A stretch of 64,000 bases of DNA from an uncultured Acidobacteriaceae bacterium (GTDB lineage Bacteria; Acidobacteriota; Terriglobia; Terriglobales; Acidobacteriaceae). Position numbers and translations under genes: made by a program. Below are positions 30,979 through 40,354 of this stretch, in pieces (positions within the stretch are counted from its first letter, which is position 1; each line of letters opens with the position of its first letter). The stretch spans positions 38,875-102,874 of the forward strand of contig CAWFWK010000024.1 of the NCBI GenBank assembly GCA_963819425.1. The letters are read 5' to 3'. The notes under the pieces were generated by a model that saw only the letters and a list, made by a program, of their open reading frames with translations, had not been told where the DNA came from and made no database searches.

Positions 30979-32367
30979 TTACCGCCCGAATTTCTGTTTG
31001 CCCATCAGGCCACTCATGCCACCGCGCATCATGTTCCTGGCGAGGCCGCCTTTGCCCATCTGCTTGAACATTTTGCTCATCTGCGCATACTGGCGGAGGA
31101 GCTGATTGACGTCCTGCACGGAGGTGCCGGAGCCGGCGGCGATGCGTTTACGGCGCGAACCGGAGATGATTTCGTGGTTGCGGCGCTCAAACGGCGTCAT
31201 GGAACTGATCATGGCTTCGAGACGCACGAATTGTTTTTCGTCGACCTGGCCGGCGGCTTGCTGCAGGCCGGCGAAGGGGCCGACGGAGGGCAGCATCTTC
31301 AAAATGCTCTCCATCGAGCCGAGCTTCTTGATCTGCTTCAACTGATCGCGAAAATCTTCGAGGGTGAAGCCGTCGCCGAGGAGTGCTTTCTTCGCAAACT
31401 CTTCGGACTTCTTTCTGTCGAGCGAGGACTCGGCTCTCTCGATGAGCGAGAGCATGTCGCCCATACCGAGGATGCGGCCCACAATGCGATCGGGATGGAA
31501 GGGCTCGAAGGCGTCGGCTTTTTCGCCGGTACCGATGAACTTGATGGGCTGGCCGGTGACGTGGCGAATGGAGATCGCAGCGCCGCCGCGGGAGTCGCCG
31601 TCCATCTTGGTGAGAATGACGCCGGTAAGGCCGAGGCGCTTGTGGAAATCCTGAGCAGAGTTGACGGCGTCCTGGCCGGTCATGGCGTCGGCGACGAAGA
31701 GGATCTCCTGCGGGTTGAGCAGCTTTTTGAGCTGGGCCATTTCATCCATCAGCTCTTCATCGACGTGGAGCCGGCCGGCGGTGTCGACGATGAGCGTGTC
31801 GCAGGCGAGAATGCGGGCTTCGCGGCGGGCCTCGGTTGCCAGGCGCTCGACCAGCTTGGAGCCCGGCGTCTCGTCATTGATCTTGCCCTCGTAGAGGCGG
31901 GCTTCGATGGACTTGGCGACGACTTTGAGCTGCTCGCGCGCGGCGGGACGGTAGACGTCGACGGAGACGAGCATGGGGCGGTGGCCGCCCTTTTTGAGCC
32001 ACGCGGCGAGCTTGCCGCTGGTGGTGGTTTTACCGGAGCCCTGCAGGCCGGCCATGAGGATTACGGTTGGGGGCTGCGAGGCAAATTTGAAGCGGGCGGT
32101 GTCGCGGCCAAGGAGCTCGACGAGCTCGTCGCGGACGATCTTGATGACCTGCTCGGAGGGCGAAAGGGCGGTAAGCACTTCACTGCCAACGGCTTTGGCG
32201 CGGATGTGCTCGATGAGCTCGTTGACGACATTGAGGTTGACGTCGGCCTCGAGCATGGCGATGCGGATTTCTCGCAGCGCCTCCTGGATGTTTTCTTCGG
32301 TGAGCGTGCCCTGTCCGCGAAGGTTTTTGAAGGCGCGTTGCAGCTTTTCTGTAAGGTTCTCAAACAT
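30979..32367 (-). CDS. ffh: Signal recognition particle protein
   Basis: N domain, then a G domain (GLQGSGKTTT, DTAGRL, TKMDGD), then the Met-rich M domain and a GMxGLMG tail. Confidence 0.95.
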   Translation of the reverse strand: MFENLTEKLQRAFKNLRGQGTLTEENIQEALREIRIAMLEADVNLNVVNELIEHIRAKAVGSEVLTALSPSEQVIKIVRDELVELLGRDTARFKFASQPPTVILMAGLQGSGKTTTSGKLAAWLKKGGHRPMLVSVDVYRPAAREQLKVVAKSIEARLYEGKINDETPGSKLVERLATEARREARILACDTLIVDTAGRLHVDEELMDEMAQLKKLLNPQEILFVADAMTGQDAVNSAQDFHKRLGLTGVILTKMDGDSRGGAAISIRHVTGQPIKFIGTGEKADAFEPFHPDRIVGRILGMGDMLSLIERAESSLDRKKSEEFAKKALLGDGFTLEDFRDQLKQIKKLGSMESILKMLPSVGPFAGLQQAAGQVDEKQFVRLEAMISSMTPFERRNHEIISGSRRKRIAAGSGTSVQDVNQLLRQYAQMSKMFKQMGKGGLARNMMRGGMSGLMGKQKFGR

Positions 32368-32473
32368 AGGTCAGATTCAAGTGTATCGAAAAGAGCGCGG
32401 AGTAGCGGGACTAGCGGGATTGGCAGGCTGGCGCGCCGTTAGCGAGTCAGCGAAGTTAGCAGGTTGTTCGTGT

Positions 32474-33267
32474 CTAGATCGTGCTCCGGAGAAGCCAGGA
32501 GAGGATGGGGCCCCAGTAGGCCATTTCGGGCTTGTAGAAGGGTGCGTTGTGGGAGCGCGCCGGGAGGACAAGCAGCTCGGCCTGGCTGCCGCAGCAAGAG
32601 AGAGATCGTGTCCCATTTGCATGGGAAAGAGGCGATCTCGATCGCCTTGCACGATCAGAATTGGCAAACAGCAGTCGCGCAGGGCATCTGCTGCGGACCA
32701 GATGGGCGGGACGAGGGGAGACAGAAATCCGGGAATCCAGGCGGCGCGTGCCGCTTTGCGGAACGAGGAGTAGCCCCCACAGAGGACGAGGCGATCAGCT
32801 TCTACACGATCGAGGATGGCGGGCGCGACCCCGGTGCCGAGAGAAAATCCGAGAAGGGAAATGGGAATGGCGGGCGCTAAATGTCGGAGAACTTCGAAGG
32901 CCGCAATCGCGTCCTGCTCGCATTGGGTCGAATCGATGAATCCGGTGCTGCGGCCGTAACCTGAATAGTCGAAGACAAGGGAGGCGATACCGTTCTCAGC
33001 GAATATTCGCTGAATGGGAAACCACTGCGAGACGACTTCGCCGATGCCGTGGCAGATGAGGACCGCCGCTTGTGGAAGGGTGTTGGAGGGTCTGACGAAG
33101 ACTGCGTCCAGTTGATTTTTGCCGCTGGGAATGAGGCGTTTTGCTACGGCGATTCCTGCGCACTCGAGGCGGGTGCGCGGGATTCTACCGAGAAGGCGAT
33201 CTCTTATCTGAACCACACGGCTCGTGCAGGTGAGCGTGGCTGTAAATAGAAATCTGTGCAACTGCAT
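32474..33267 (-). pseudogene. Alpha/beta hydrolase, one frameshift near the 3' end in this sequence
   Basis: Nucleophile elbow GFSLG and the LIVQGDRDRLFP region are in the ORF 32377..33324 frame. The plausible C-terminus AELLVLPARSHNAPFYKPEMAYWGPILSWLLRSTI* is in another frame and ends at 32474. The junction is in an AG/CT dinucleotide run at ~32597-32605. Start placed at ATG 33267. Confidence 0.65.
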
Positions 33268-33383
33268 TGGGCGCTCTTCAGTCAGGTGGCTTCCAAGCAG
33301 ATGATTTCGTGCTTTCCCACCCATTCGACGGAAAGCTGTCGAACGGATGGGGCACCCCCATTCTGCGCGAAAACGAACGGAGG

Positions 33384-34790
33384 TTAATCGGCCGGTGCGA
33401 TCAGATACTGCTCGAGTTTGCCATCGGGGTAGGTGTAGGTGGTGAGCCGCAGGCGCGTGTTGGGATAGGTGATGTTGAAGCCCCGGAAGGTCATGCCGCC
33501 GCGGAGGGCTTCGCCGGTCTGGTGGAAGGTGAGCGGTTCACCAAGAGGAGCGAGACTGGATTGGAAATCGGCTATGGCCTCGGGCGTGAAGTAGTCGCTG
33601 AGATTCGGTGACAGCAGTGAGCGGTCGATGTGGCCTTGCTGGAGACCACGGTAGATATCGAGGGCCTGCTTCTCGGACTCGCTTGGTGGAAATCCTGCCA
33701 CGGCCGGGACGGCAAGACGCGCGATGGTGGAAGCGGCGCCGACGGCATCCTGATTAGTGAGCACCGTAACGGATGCGCCATCGTCGACGAGCATCTGGTT
33801 ATCGGAGACAAAGCCAGAGACTTCGCCGCTGTGCTCGATGTCGCGACGACCGTCAATGTCGCGCACGCCGACGCCAAGGCCGTAGTGGGTGTCCTTGCCG
33901 TCTTTCAGCTTTACGGAGGTGAACATCACTTTGTAGCTTTCGGGCTTGAGGACGGTTTGCGCCATCATGCTTTCGTTCCACAGCGCGAGGTCATGCGCGG
34001 TCATGGCGAGTTCGCCGGCGGCAAACATCCAGCCGCGGCCTTCTTTGGGTGCAACGCGAAGAGGGCCGAGGGCGTGCCGGTAGTAGGCAGTTGCGTCGGT
34101 CTGGGTGAGCTTTGTTTCGTCGGAGTTCCACACGGACTTCATGTTGAGCGGGTGGAAGATGCGCTCGCCGAGAAAATCCATCAACTTCTGGCCGCTGACT
34201 TTTTCCACGATTGCGCCGGCGATGACGAAGTTGGTGTTCGAATATTGCCATTGCGTGCCGGGATCGAAGTCGAGCGGCTTCTTGGCCCATGTGTCGATGA
34301 TCTGCTGTGCGGTTTCAGGGTGCAGCATCGGCGTCATCACGTAGTCTTCGGGCCAGTAATCCTGATAGCCGGAGGTGTGGGAGAGGATCTGGCGGATGGT
34401 GACTTCGTCGCCGCGAGTAAGGCCGGGGACGTATTTGCCGACGGAGTCATCGATTGATAGCTTGCCTTGCTCCTGCAGAAGAAGGATGGCGGCGGCGGTG
34501 AATTGCTTGGAGATGGAGCCGATGGAATAGCGCATCTCCGGTGTGGCGGGGACAGGCGGATCGAGATGAGCGTTGCCGTAGGCCCGGGTGTAGACGAGCT
34601 TGCCGCCTTTGACGATGGCGACGGATGCGGAAGGAACGCCGGTCTGCTTCAGCACGTCGGTTGCGATGCTGTCGACGCGAGATTTGAGAGCTGGGTCGAG
34701 GTTGTCGATTGTCTGCGCATGGATTTGGAGGGCGATAGGAGAGAGCGAGGCAAAGACGGCGAGCGTGGAGACGAGGAGGCGGCAAGTCAT
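33384..34790 (-). CDS. Serine hydrolase (beta-lactamase/PBP4-like family) with extra C-terminal domain
   Basis: Start moved to ATG 34790 (MTCRLLVSTLAVFASLSPIALQIHAQ signal). Motifs SISK (SxxK) and YSNTNF (YxN) are present. Confidence 0.8.
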   Translation of the reverse strand: MTCRLLVSTLAVFASLSPIALQIHAQTIDNLDPALKSRVDSIATDVLKQTGVPSASVAIVKGGKLVYTRAYGNAHLDPPVPATPEMRYSIGSISKQFTAAAILLLQEQGKLSIDDSVGKYVPGLTRGDEVTIRQILSHTSGYQDYWPEDYVMTPMLHPETAQQIIDTWAKKPLDFDPGTQWQYSNTNFVIAGAIVEKVSGQKLMDFLGERIFHPLNMKSVWNSDETKLTQTDATAYYRHALGPLRVAPKEGRGWMFAAGELAMTAHDLALWNESMMAQTVLKPESYKVMFTSVKLKDGKDTHYGLGVGVRDIDGRRDIEHSGEVSGFVSDNQMLVDDGASVTVLTNQDAVGAASTIARLAVPAVAGFPPSESEKQALDIYRGLQQGHIDRSLLSPNLSDYFTPEAIADFQSSLAPLGEPLTFHQTGEALRGGMTFRGFNITYPNTRLRLTTYTYPDGKLEQYLIAPAD

Positions 34791-34843
34791 GGTCGGGTGC
34801 GTGGAACTCCTTCCGTTCGAATAGTACCAATCGCAGCCCGTGG

Positions 34844-35194
34844 TTACGTTCGGGCTTCGGCTTCTTCGACGGTGGCAGTCAGGGTGAGGACTCTTTCCAG
34901 GCGCGTGATATGGAACATGCTGAGTACGCGCGGAGTGACGCCGGCGAGCGTGAGCAAGACATGCTTGTCGCGGCAATACACCTCGTGGTTGATGATCTCG
35001 CTCATGCCGGCGGAATCCATGAAGGGAACTCCGCGCAGATCGAGAATGGTGTGACTCGGCGGCTCCGTGCCGCGGAACAAAGCGCGCAATGGGGAGACGC
35101 TGTTGAGGGTCACGGGCCCAGTGAGGCGCAGTACGACTGTTCCAGGTTTACTGCCGGGAATCGGCTCGATCTTCAAGGGGAGTTCGGGGGACAT
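34844..35194 (-). CDS. STAS-domain protein (anti-sigma-factor antagonist-like)
   Basis: 116 aa with the SpoIIAA-like pattern LDLRGVPFMDSAGMSEII...LTLAGVTPRV. Confidence 0.75.
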   Translation of the reverse strand: MSPELPLKIEPIPGSKPGTVVLRLTGPVTLNSVSPLRALFRGTEPPSHTILDLRGVPFMDSAGMSEIINHEVYCRDKHVLLTLAGVTPRVLSMFHITRLERVLTLTATVEEAEART

Positions 35195-35346
35195 GTTGGA
35201 TCAGTGTATGAAACGGGGCGTATTTTGTCGCCAGAAAACTGGTGATGGCGGAGGCCGGGCTCGATTTGTCAAAGAGATGATGGCTAAGGCAGGTCACGCG
35301 GATGCGTTAGGCTGGTGCTGGTGAATTCATAATCAACGCGAGGTGG

Positions 35347-35970
35347 ATGCAGGTGGAGCGCTTGCTTGAAGGTCACAAGAAATTTCTTGCCGAGGTATTT
35401 CCACGGCGGCGCGACCAATTTCATCTGCTGGCAGAGTCGCAGGCGCCGGAGTGGCTCTTCATCACCTGTTCAGACTCGCGTGTGCTGCCGGATCTGATCC
35501 TGGGCACCGGTCCGGGAGATTTGTTCATCACGCGGAATGCGGGGAACGTGGTGCCGGTGACCGCGAACGATGTGGACGGCTGCACGGCGACGATTGAGTA
35601 TGCCGTCGAGGTGCTGAAGGTGAAACACGCGATTCTGTGCGGGCATTCGGATTGCGGGGCGATGAAAGCGGCACTCGATCGCACGGGGCTCGAGAAACTG
35701 CCGAAGGCGAGCCGCTGGTTGCATCACGTAGAGGCGGCGTTCTCACACCGGCAGCCGTTGAATCCCGAGGATGGGCCTCATGCGGAGCTGGCATCACTGA
35801 TTCGGGGCAATGTGGTGGCGCAGTTGTTGAATCTCAAGGCGCAGCCGTCGGTGAGCCGGGCAATGAGGGAAGGACGCCTTGCGGTGCACGGCTGGTATTA
35901 CGAGATTCTTTCGGGACGCATAGAGAGATTCGATGAGGATGCACGAAGATTTGTGCCGCTGGTGGGGTGA
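35347..35970 (+). CDS. Beta-class carbonic anhydrase
   Basis: Zinc-ligand motifs CSDSR and HSDCGA, plus the conserved FITRNAGN. Confidence 0.85.
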   Translation: MQVERLLEGHKKFLAEVFPRRRDQFHLLAESQAPEWLFITCSDSRVLPDLILGTGPGDLFITRNAGNVVPVTANDVDGCTATIEYAVEVLKVKHAILCGHSDCGAMKAALDRTGLEKLPKASRWLHHVEAAFSHRQPLNPEDGPHAELASLIRGNVVAQLLNLKAQPSVSRAMREGRLAVHGWYYEILSGRIERFDEDARRFVPLVG

Positions 35971-36060
35971 ATGGTTGGGGATCCAGGCCCGAAGACCGCT
36001 GCTCTTTCCAGGGGCACCAGGCTTTGAAATGAAATTATTTTTTCGGCCGCGCATAGGGAA

Positions 36061-36083
36061 GGTGTGCCCGTTATGGGCACACC
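36061..36083. terminator. Stem-loop between convergent genes
   Basis: Perfect 9-bp stem GGTGTGCCC gttat GGGCACACC. There is no clear T-tract on either side, so terminator function is uncertain. Confidence 0.35.
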
Positions 36084-36104
36084 GAGTTGAGGAGCGGGTG
36101 GCAA

Positions 36105-36572
36105 CTACTTCTTGGTGTCTCGCGCAGCCTTGATAAATTCGTGGGACTTTTCGACGTGCGCGGCTTGGGTGGTGAGCACCTGGCGCACGGGTAAGGGCAG
36201 ATAAGATTCCGTTGCCCGGCTGTAGGCTTCCACTGCTTCGTCTTCGGCCTCTTCCGCCGTCGCGAGCAGGGTCTGGTCGCCCCCACCGAGTGCGGATTTG
36301 AGGTCGGCCCAGGCGCGGCGGACGGTGCCGACAGCGGTGCCACTTTCTTTTATGTCGTGCACGCCCTCCTGATGCAGGATGGACTCGAGCACTCCACGGA
36401 ACTGCGCACGGGTGAGCGACTCGGCGAGGAAATATTCTTTTAGCGTTTCGTCTTTGATCTCTTCACCGATCTTCTTGAAGCCTTCTTGGCCGTCGATGAG
36501 GGTCTGGATTACTGAGCGCAGATAAGATTCGGTTTCTTTCAAGTCTTTTGAGGGCGATGACATCGAGAACAC
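36105..36572 (-). CDS. Four-helix-bundle protein (DUF2383 / PA2169-like)
   Basis: 155 aa, helical, with the pattern LIDGQEGFKKIGEEIKD...LKEYF...RAQF typical of DUF2383 ferritin-like proteins. Confidence 0.6.
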   Translation of the reverse strand: MFSMSSPSKDLKETESYLRSVIQTLIDGQEGFKKIGEEIKDETLKEYFLAESLTRAQFRGVLESILHQEGVHDIKESGTAVGTVRRAWADLKSALGGGDQTLLATAEEAEDEAVEAYSRATESYLPLPVRQVLTTQAAHVEKSHEFIKAARDTKK

Positions 36573-36773
36573 TCCATGTAAAGGGGATTAGAAACTCGGG
36601 CAGGGTCCAGCGGCTGCCATTGCGATTCTCCTTCGCCGCCAGCAGGGTGGGGGAAATCGCGAAAACCCCAACGCCCCTGCCCTGGTATTGGATCAGTGCC
36701 GCACCCGCAGAGGCTCGGTTGATCCAGTTACTGAGATGCGGAATTTTCGGACGGAGTAGATTGCAGCGAGAAA

Positions 36774-38354
36774 TCAGTGGGCGCCGGGTGGCGGGGCAGC
36801 GTGCTTTGGCGGCTTGCCGAAGAGCCAGACGGCTCCGGCGCAAAAGAATGCAAGCAGCGCCGTCCAGCGAAAGACATCGATATAGGCGAGCAGTGCCGAC
36901 TGCCTTTGCAGGAGCCCGTAGATAAGTCCCAGCGATCCCGGTCGCGCAGAGGGAGAGCCGATCTGGTGGCCGAGGTAGGTTGCAATCATGCGCGACTTCT
37001 GCTGGAAGATGGGGCTTGACGGTGAAAGATTGGCGCCGATTTCCGTCTGGTGCAGAGCAGCGCGGCGAATGATGGCGGTGGTGGCCATCGCAATCCCAAT
37101 TGACCCGCCAATGTTGCGCAGCATATTGAAGAGCCCGGTGGCGTTTCCCATTTCTTCGCGGAGAATGGTGGAGGTGGACATGGTGGCCAGCGGGACAAAG
37201 ACGAAGCTGAGCGCGAAGCCCGTAAACAAAATCGGAATCAGCAGCGTGTACGGGCCGATGTCGAGGTTCACGGTGCCGAAGGTGAGGGAGCAGACGCCGA
37301 AGCCGATGAAGCCGGCGCTGAGCAGTTTGCGATTGTCAATCCGCGATCCGAGCATGCCGATGATCGGCGATCCGATGATTGATCCGATGCCGCGCGGGCC
37401 GACGACTAAGCCGGCGGTGAAGGCGGTGTAGCCGAGGATCTCCTGGTAGTAGAGTGGCAGGATAGCGATTGTGATGTAGATACACATCCCCAGCAGCGCA
37501 ATCAGAAAGCAGCCGGTGCGAAAGTTGCGGTCTTTGAGGACGTGCAGATCGACGAGGCCGCGCGGATTGGTCCACGAGCGCCAGATCCAACCGATAAAGC
37601 CGAAGGCCAGTGCAGCAACCGCCCAGCGCACCCAGATAGCCCCGAACCAGTCATCTTCCTGGCCCTTGTCGAGGACTACCTGCAGGCAGCCAGTCCAGAC
37701 GATGAGGAGTCCGAATCCGATGTTATCGAAGGCGCCGACCTTGGCGTTCTTGATGTAGGGCGGGTCGTGAACAAAACGGGTGATCATTAAGACGGCGAGG
37801 ATGCCGACAGGGATGTTGATGTAAAAGGCGTAGCGCCAGCTGAACGTATCGGTAAGCCAGCCACCCAGCGTGGGTCCAAGTACCGGGGCAACGACGATTC
37901 CGAGGCCGTATGCGGCCATCGACATGGACCGCTTTTCAGGTGGAAAGCTCTCGAGCAGGATGGATTGCGATAGCGGCTGCAGTGCGCCGCCACCTGCACC
38001 CTGCATGATGCGTGCAAGAAGGATCACGCCCAGAGATGGGGCTGCCCCGCAGAAAAAGGAAGCGATGGTGAAGATGACGACGCAGATCAACAGAAAGCGC
38101 TTGCGGCCCCAGCGGCGTGCAAACCAATTCGATGCCGGGAGGATTACAGCGTTGGCGACGAGGTAGCTGGTGAGAACCCAGGTGGCTTCGGAGTTGGTGG
38201 CGGAGAGACTGCCCGCGATGTAGGGCAACGCTACCGAGGCAATGGCGGTGTCGAGCACCTCCATGAACGTCGGCAGCATGACCGAGGCGGTGACGAGCCA
38301 GGGGTTGACGCCTTGGGTCAGGGGATATCGGTCTTGGGCCTCAGCGGTGGTCAT
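36774..38354 (-). CDS. DHA2-family MFS efflux transporter (EmrB/QacA type, 14 TMS)
   Basis: 526 aa. The N-terminus is LDTAIASVALPYIAGSL. MFS motifs GRKRFLL and LARIMQGAGGGAL are present. Confidence 0.85.
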   Translation of the reverse strand: MTTAEAQDRYPLTQGVNPWLVTASVMLPTFMEVLDTAIASVALPYIAGSLSATNSEATWVLTSYLVANAVILPASNWFARRWGRKRFLLICVVIFTIASFFCGAAPSLGVILLARIMQGAGGGALQPLSQSILLESFPPEKRSMSMAAYGLGIVVAPVLGPTLGGWLTDTFSWRYAFYINIPVGILAVLMITRFVHDPPYIKNAKVGAFDNIGFGLLIVWTGCLQVVLDKGQEDDWFGAIWVRWAVAALAFGFIGWIWRSWTNPRGLVDLHVLKDRNFRTGCFLIALLGMCIYITIAILPLYYQEILGYTAFTAGLVVGPRGIGSIIGSPIIGMLGSRIDNRKLLSAGFIGFGVCSLTFGTVNLDIGPYTLLIPILFTGFALSFVFVPLATMSTSTILREEMGNATGLFNMLRNIGGSIGIAMATTAIIRRAALHQTEIGANLSPSSPIFQQKSRMIATYLGHQIGSPSARPGSLGLIYGLLQRQSALLAYIDVFRWTALLAFFCAGAVWLFGKPPKHAAPPPGAH

Positions 38355-38435
38355 CTCAACCGGGAACAGTCGAGACTAAATGACCGGGCCTACGATTGGT
38401 TGTGACACCGGTCAGGGCGATTGATGCTCCTCCCG

Positions 38436-39041
38436 CTACCTGTTTGGCGCCAGGGCTGCAAAGGCGGCCCGGATGACACGGTCTGGGATCAAGTCCGGAG
38501 TCAGGAGTCTCTCCAGGACCAGTCCTTCAATCATGGCGTGCAATACGCGTACGAACTGGGCGGCGGGCATGGGAAGCTCGTCCTTTTTTGTTACGGATCG
38601 CAGCCATTCCTCACCGAATGCGTAACTTTCTGCAGTGACCTTTTCCACCTGTTTACGCATCGCTTCGTGCTGAAGCGTAAAGGCCAGACCGGTTAGCCGG
38701 CCTACCGCGGCCGCTCTTCGATCGGGGATCGCGGCGATCGTTGCATCGGCCATTGCCCTCATGATGTCGGCAAGGCTCGCTCCCGGCTTCACCTGGGGTT
38801 TGATCGGCGCCCAGTAGGTGTGCCCCAGAGCAATGAACAAATCCTCACGGTTCTTGAAGTTGCCGTAAATAGCCCCGGTCGTCATGCCGGCACGTTCGGC
38901 AATTTCCTCGAGCGTCGTATGTTCATGCCCTTTCTCGCGAATGAGCATGCGTGCGACTTCAAGCAGTTTTGCCCGCGTTCGTGCGCGCTTCTCGCCTTTC
39001 GTCTTGGTTTGCGTGGGATCAGGTCTGAGTTTAACAATCAT
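38436..39041 (-). CDS. TetR/AcrR-family transcriptional regulator
   Basis: N-terminal HTH (TTLEEIAERAGMTTGAIYGNFKNREDLF). It lies directly upstream of the MFS gene on the same strand. Confidence 0.85.
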   Translation of the reverse strand: MIVKLRPDPTQTKTKGEKRARTRAKLLEVARMLIREKGHEHTTLEEIAERAGMTTGAIYGNFKNREDLFIALGHTYWAPIKPQVKPGASLADIMRAMADATIAAIPDRRAAAVGRLTGLAFTLQHEAMRKQVEKVTAESYAFGEEWLRSVTKKDELPMPAAQFVRVLHAMIEGLVLERLLTPDLIPDRVIRAAFAALAPNR

Positions 39042-39063
39042 TGCTTGATTTTATAGACAATCT

Positions 39064-39086
39064 ATTTTATAAATCAATTATAAAAT
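39064..39086. promoter_or_regulatory. Candidate TetR operator in AT-rich divergent promoter region
   Basis: Inverted repeat ATTTTATAA-N5-TTATAAAAT lies inside a 68-bp, strongly AT-rich gap between the TetR gene and the divergent hydrolase gene. Confidence 0.4.
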
Positions 39087-39109
39087 ATCAGAGGCAATGG
39101 GTGGCCGAG

Positions 39110-40321
39110 ATGAGTCGAGTACAGCAGCTTAAAGCGATCCTGGAAGAGACTGTTGCCAAGGCGGAACTAGCGGGTGCAGTCGTGTTGGTCCATCGCAACG
39201 GCGAAACGGAATTTGCCGCCGCCGGCTGGCGTGACATCGAAACCCAATTGCCCATGGAGCGCGACACGATTTTTCGCATTGCGTCCATGACCAAGCCGAT
39301 TACCTCGGTTGCAGCGCTCATGCTGGTTGACGAGGGCCGAATCGCATTGAACGATCCCATCTCACGTGTTGCCCCGGAATTTGAGAATATTCGAGTGCTG
39401 CGTTCGCCCGATGGCCAGCTGGACGATACCGAAGAGGAGAACCGCCCGATCACATTCGACGATCTGCTCACGCATCGTGCGGGATTGACCTACGCAGATT
39501 TCCGTCGCGGCCCCATCGCCCAGGCCTATCGCGATGCTCTCGGCGGAGAGATCGACTGCGACATCGCGCCCGACGATTGGATTCGAGGTCTCGCAAGTCT
39601 GCCGCTGATCGCTCAACCGGGAAGATTGTTGACCTATGGCATGTCGACTGACTTGCTCGGATTGCTGATCGCCAGGATCGAGGGCGCCTCTCTTGGGTCT
39701 GTTCTCGCACAGCGCATTTTCGAACCGCTGGGCATGAAAGACACCGGCTTCCTCGTCCCGCGCGAGAAGAGAAATCGATGTGCGAGTGCGTACGGCTTCG
39801 ACGAGCAGGGCAGGTTGATCAGGTGCCGCGCGCGGGCGGGCGTGTTCGTCGAAGAGAGGCCCGAGGACATGGCGTTCGAGTGTGGTGGCGCCGGACTATG
39901 GTCCACCGCGGATGATTATCTGAAATTCGCCCGCATCTTTCTCGGCAGCGGCGAGGTAGATGGCGTTCGCTTACTGCGCCAGGAGACGCTCACACAAATG
40001 ACGACGAATCAGCTCACGGACGACCAGCGCGCCAACTCCGCTTTGCTCGGCCGCAAGATATTCGCGGTCGGCCGAGGGTTTGGCTTGGGAGTTGGCATCG
40101 TGCTCGAGACGGACGACACAGATATGGCGCGCCGCGGAAGCGAAGGGACCGTTAGTTGGCCCGGCGCCTTTGGGGGCTGGTGGGAGGCCGATCCGAAGAA
40201 AAATTCAATTTTTATCTTTCTCGCCCACAACATGGTCAATTTGACGCAGATGGCTCAAGGAATTGGTCTCGGGGTCTGGGCTGCAATCGAACGAGCGCAG
40301 CGAGTTGCGCTATCTGATTAA
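39110..40321 (+). CDS. Serine hydrolase (beta-lactamase family)
   Basis: Start moved to ATG 39110. The SxxK motif SMTK is present and the protein is class C-like overall, about 403 aa. Confidence 0.8.
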   Translation: MSRVQQLKAILEETVAKAELAGAVVLVHRNGETEFAAAGWRDIETQLPMERDTIFRIASMTKPITSVAALMLVDEGRIALNDPISRVAPEFENIRVLRSPDGQLDDTEEENRPITFDDLLTHRAGLTYADFRRGPIAQAYRDALGGEIDCDIAPDDWIRGLASLPLIAQPGRLLTYGMSTDLLGLLIARIEGASLGSVLAQRIFEPLGMKDTGFLVPREKRNRCASAYGFDEQGRLIRCRARAGVFVEERPEDMAFECGGAGLWSTADDYLKFARIFLGSGEVDGVRLLRQETLTQMTTNQLTDDQRANSALLGRKIFAVGRGFGLGVGIVLETDDTDMARRGSEGTVSWPGAFGGWWEADPKKNSIFIFLAHNMVNLTQMAQGIGLGVWAAIERAQRVALSD

Positions 40322-40354
40322 CACGAGGGCCGAATTCGGTTTCGATCTTGTATC

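Noticed and set aside
31174-32442. A 422-aa ORF antisense to ffh. Similar long antisense ORFs are 11679..12629 (rpsA), 19799..20815 (serS), 21397..22539 (ndh), 43359..44417, 44698..45657, 49040..49909 and 58596..59747.
   Set aside because: All lie opposite genes with strong, full-length family signatures. Their composition is skewed toward Gly, Ala, Arg, Asp and Val, as is typical of stop-poor antisense frames in GC-rich DNA. None has a recognisable motif.
33347-33356. A GGGGCACCC match to the family-1 REP tail.
   Set aside because: It is only 9-10 nt with no associated hairpin, so it could be a chance match in GC-rich DNA.
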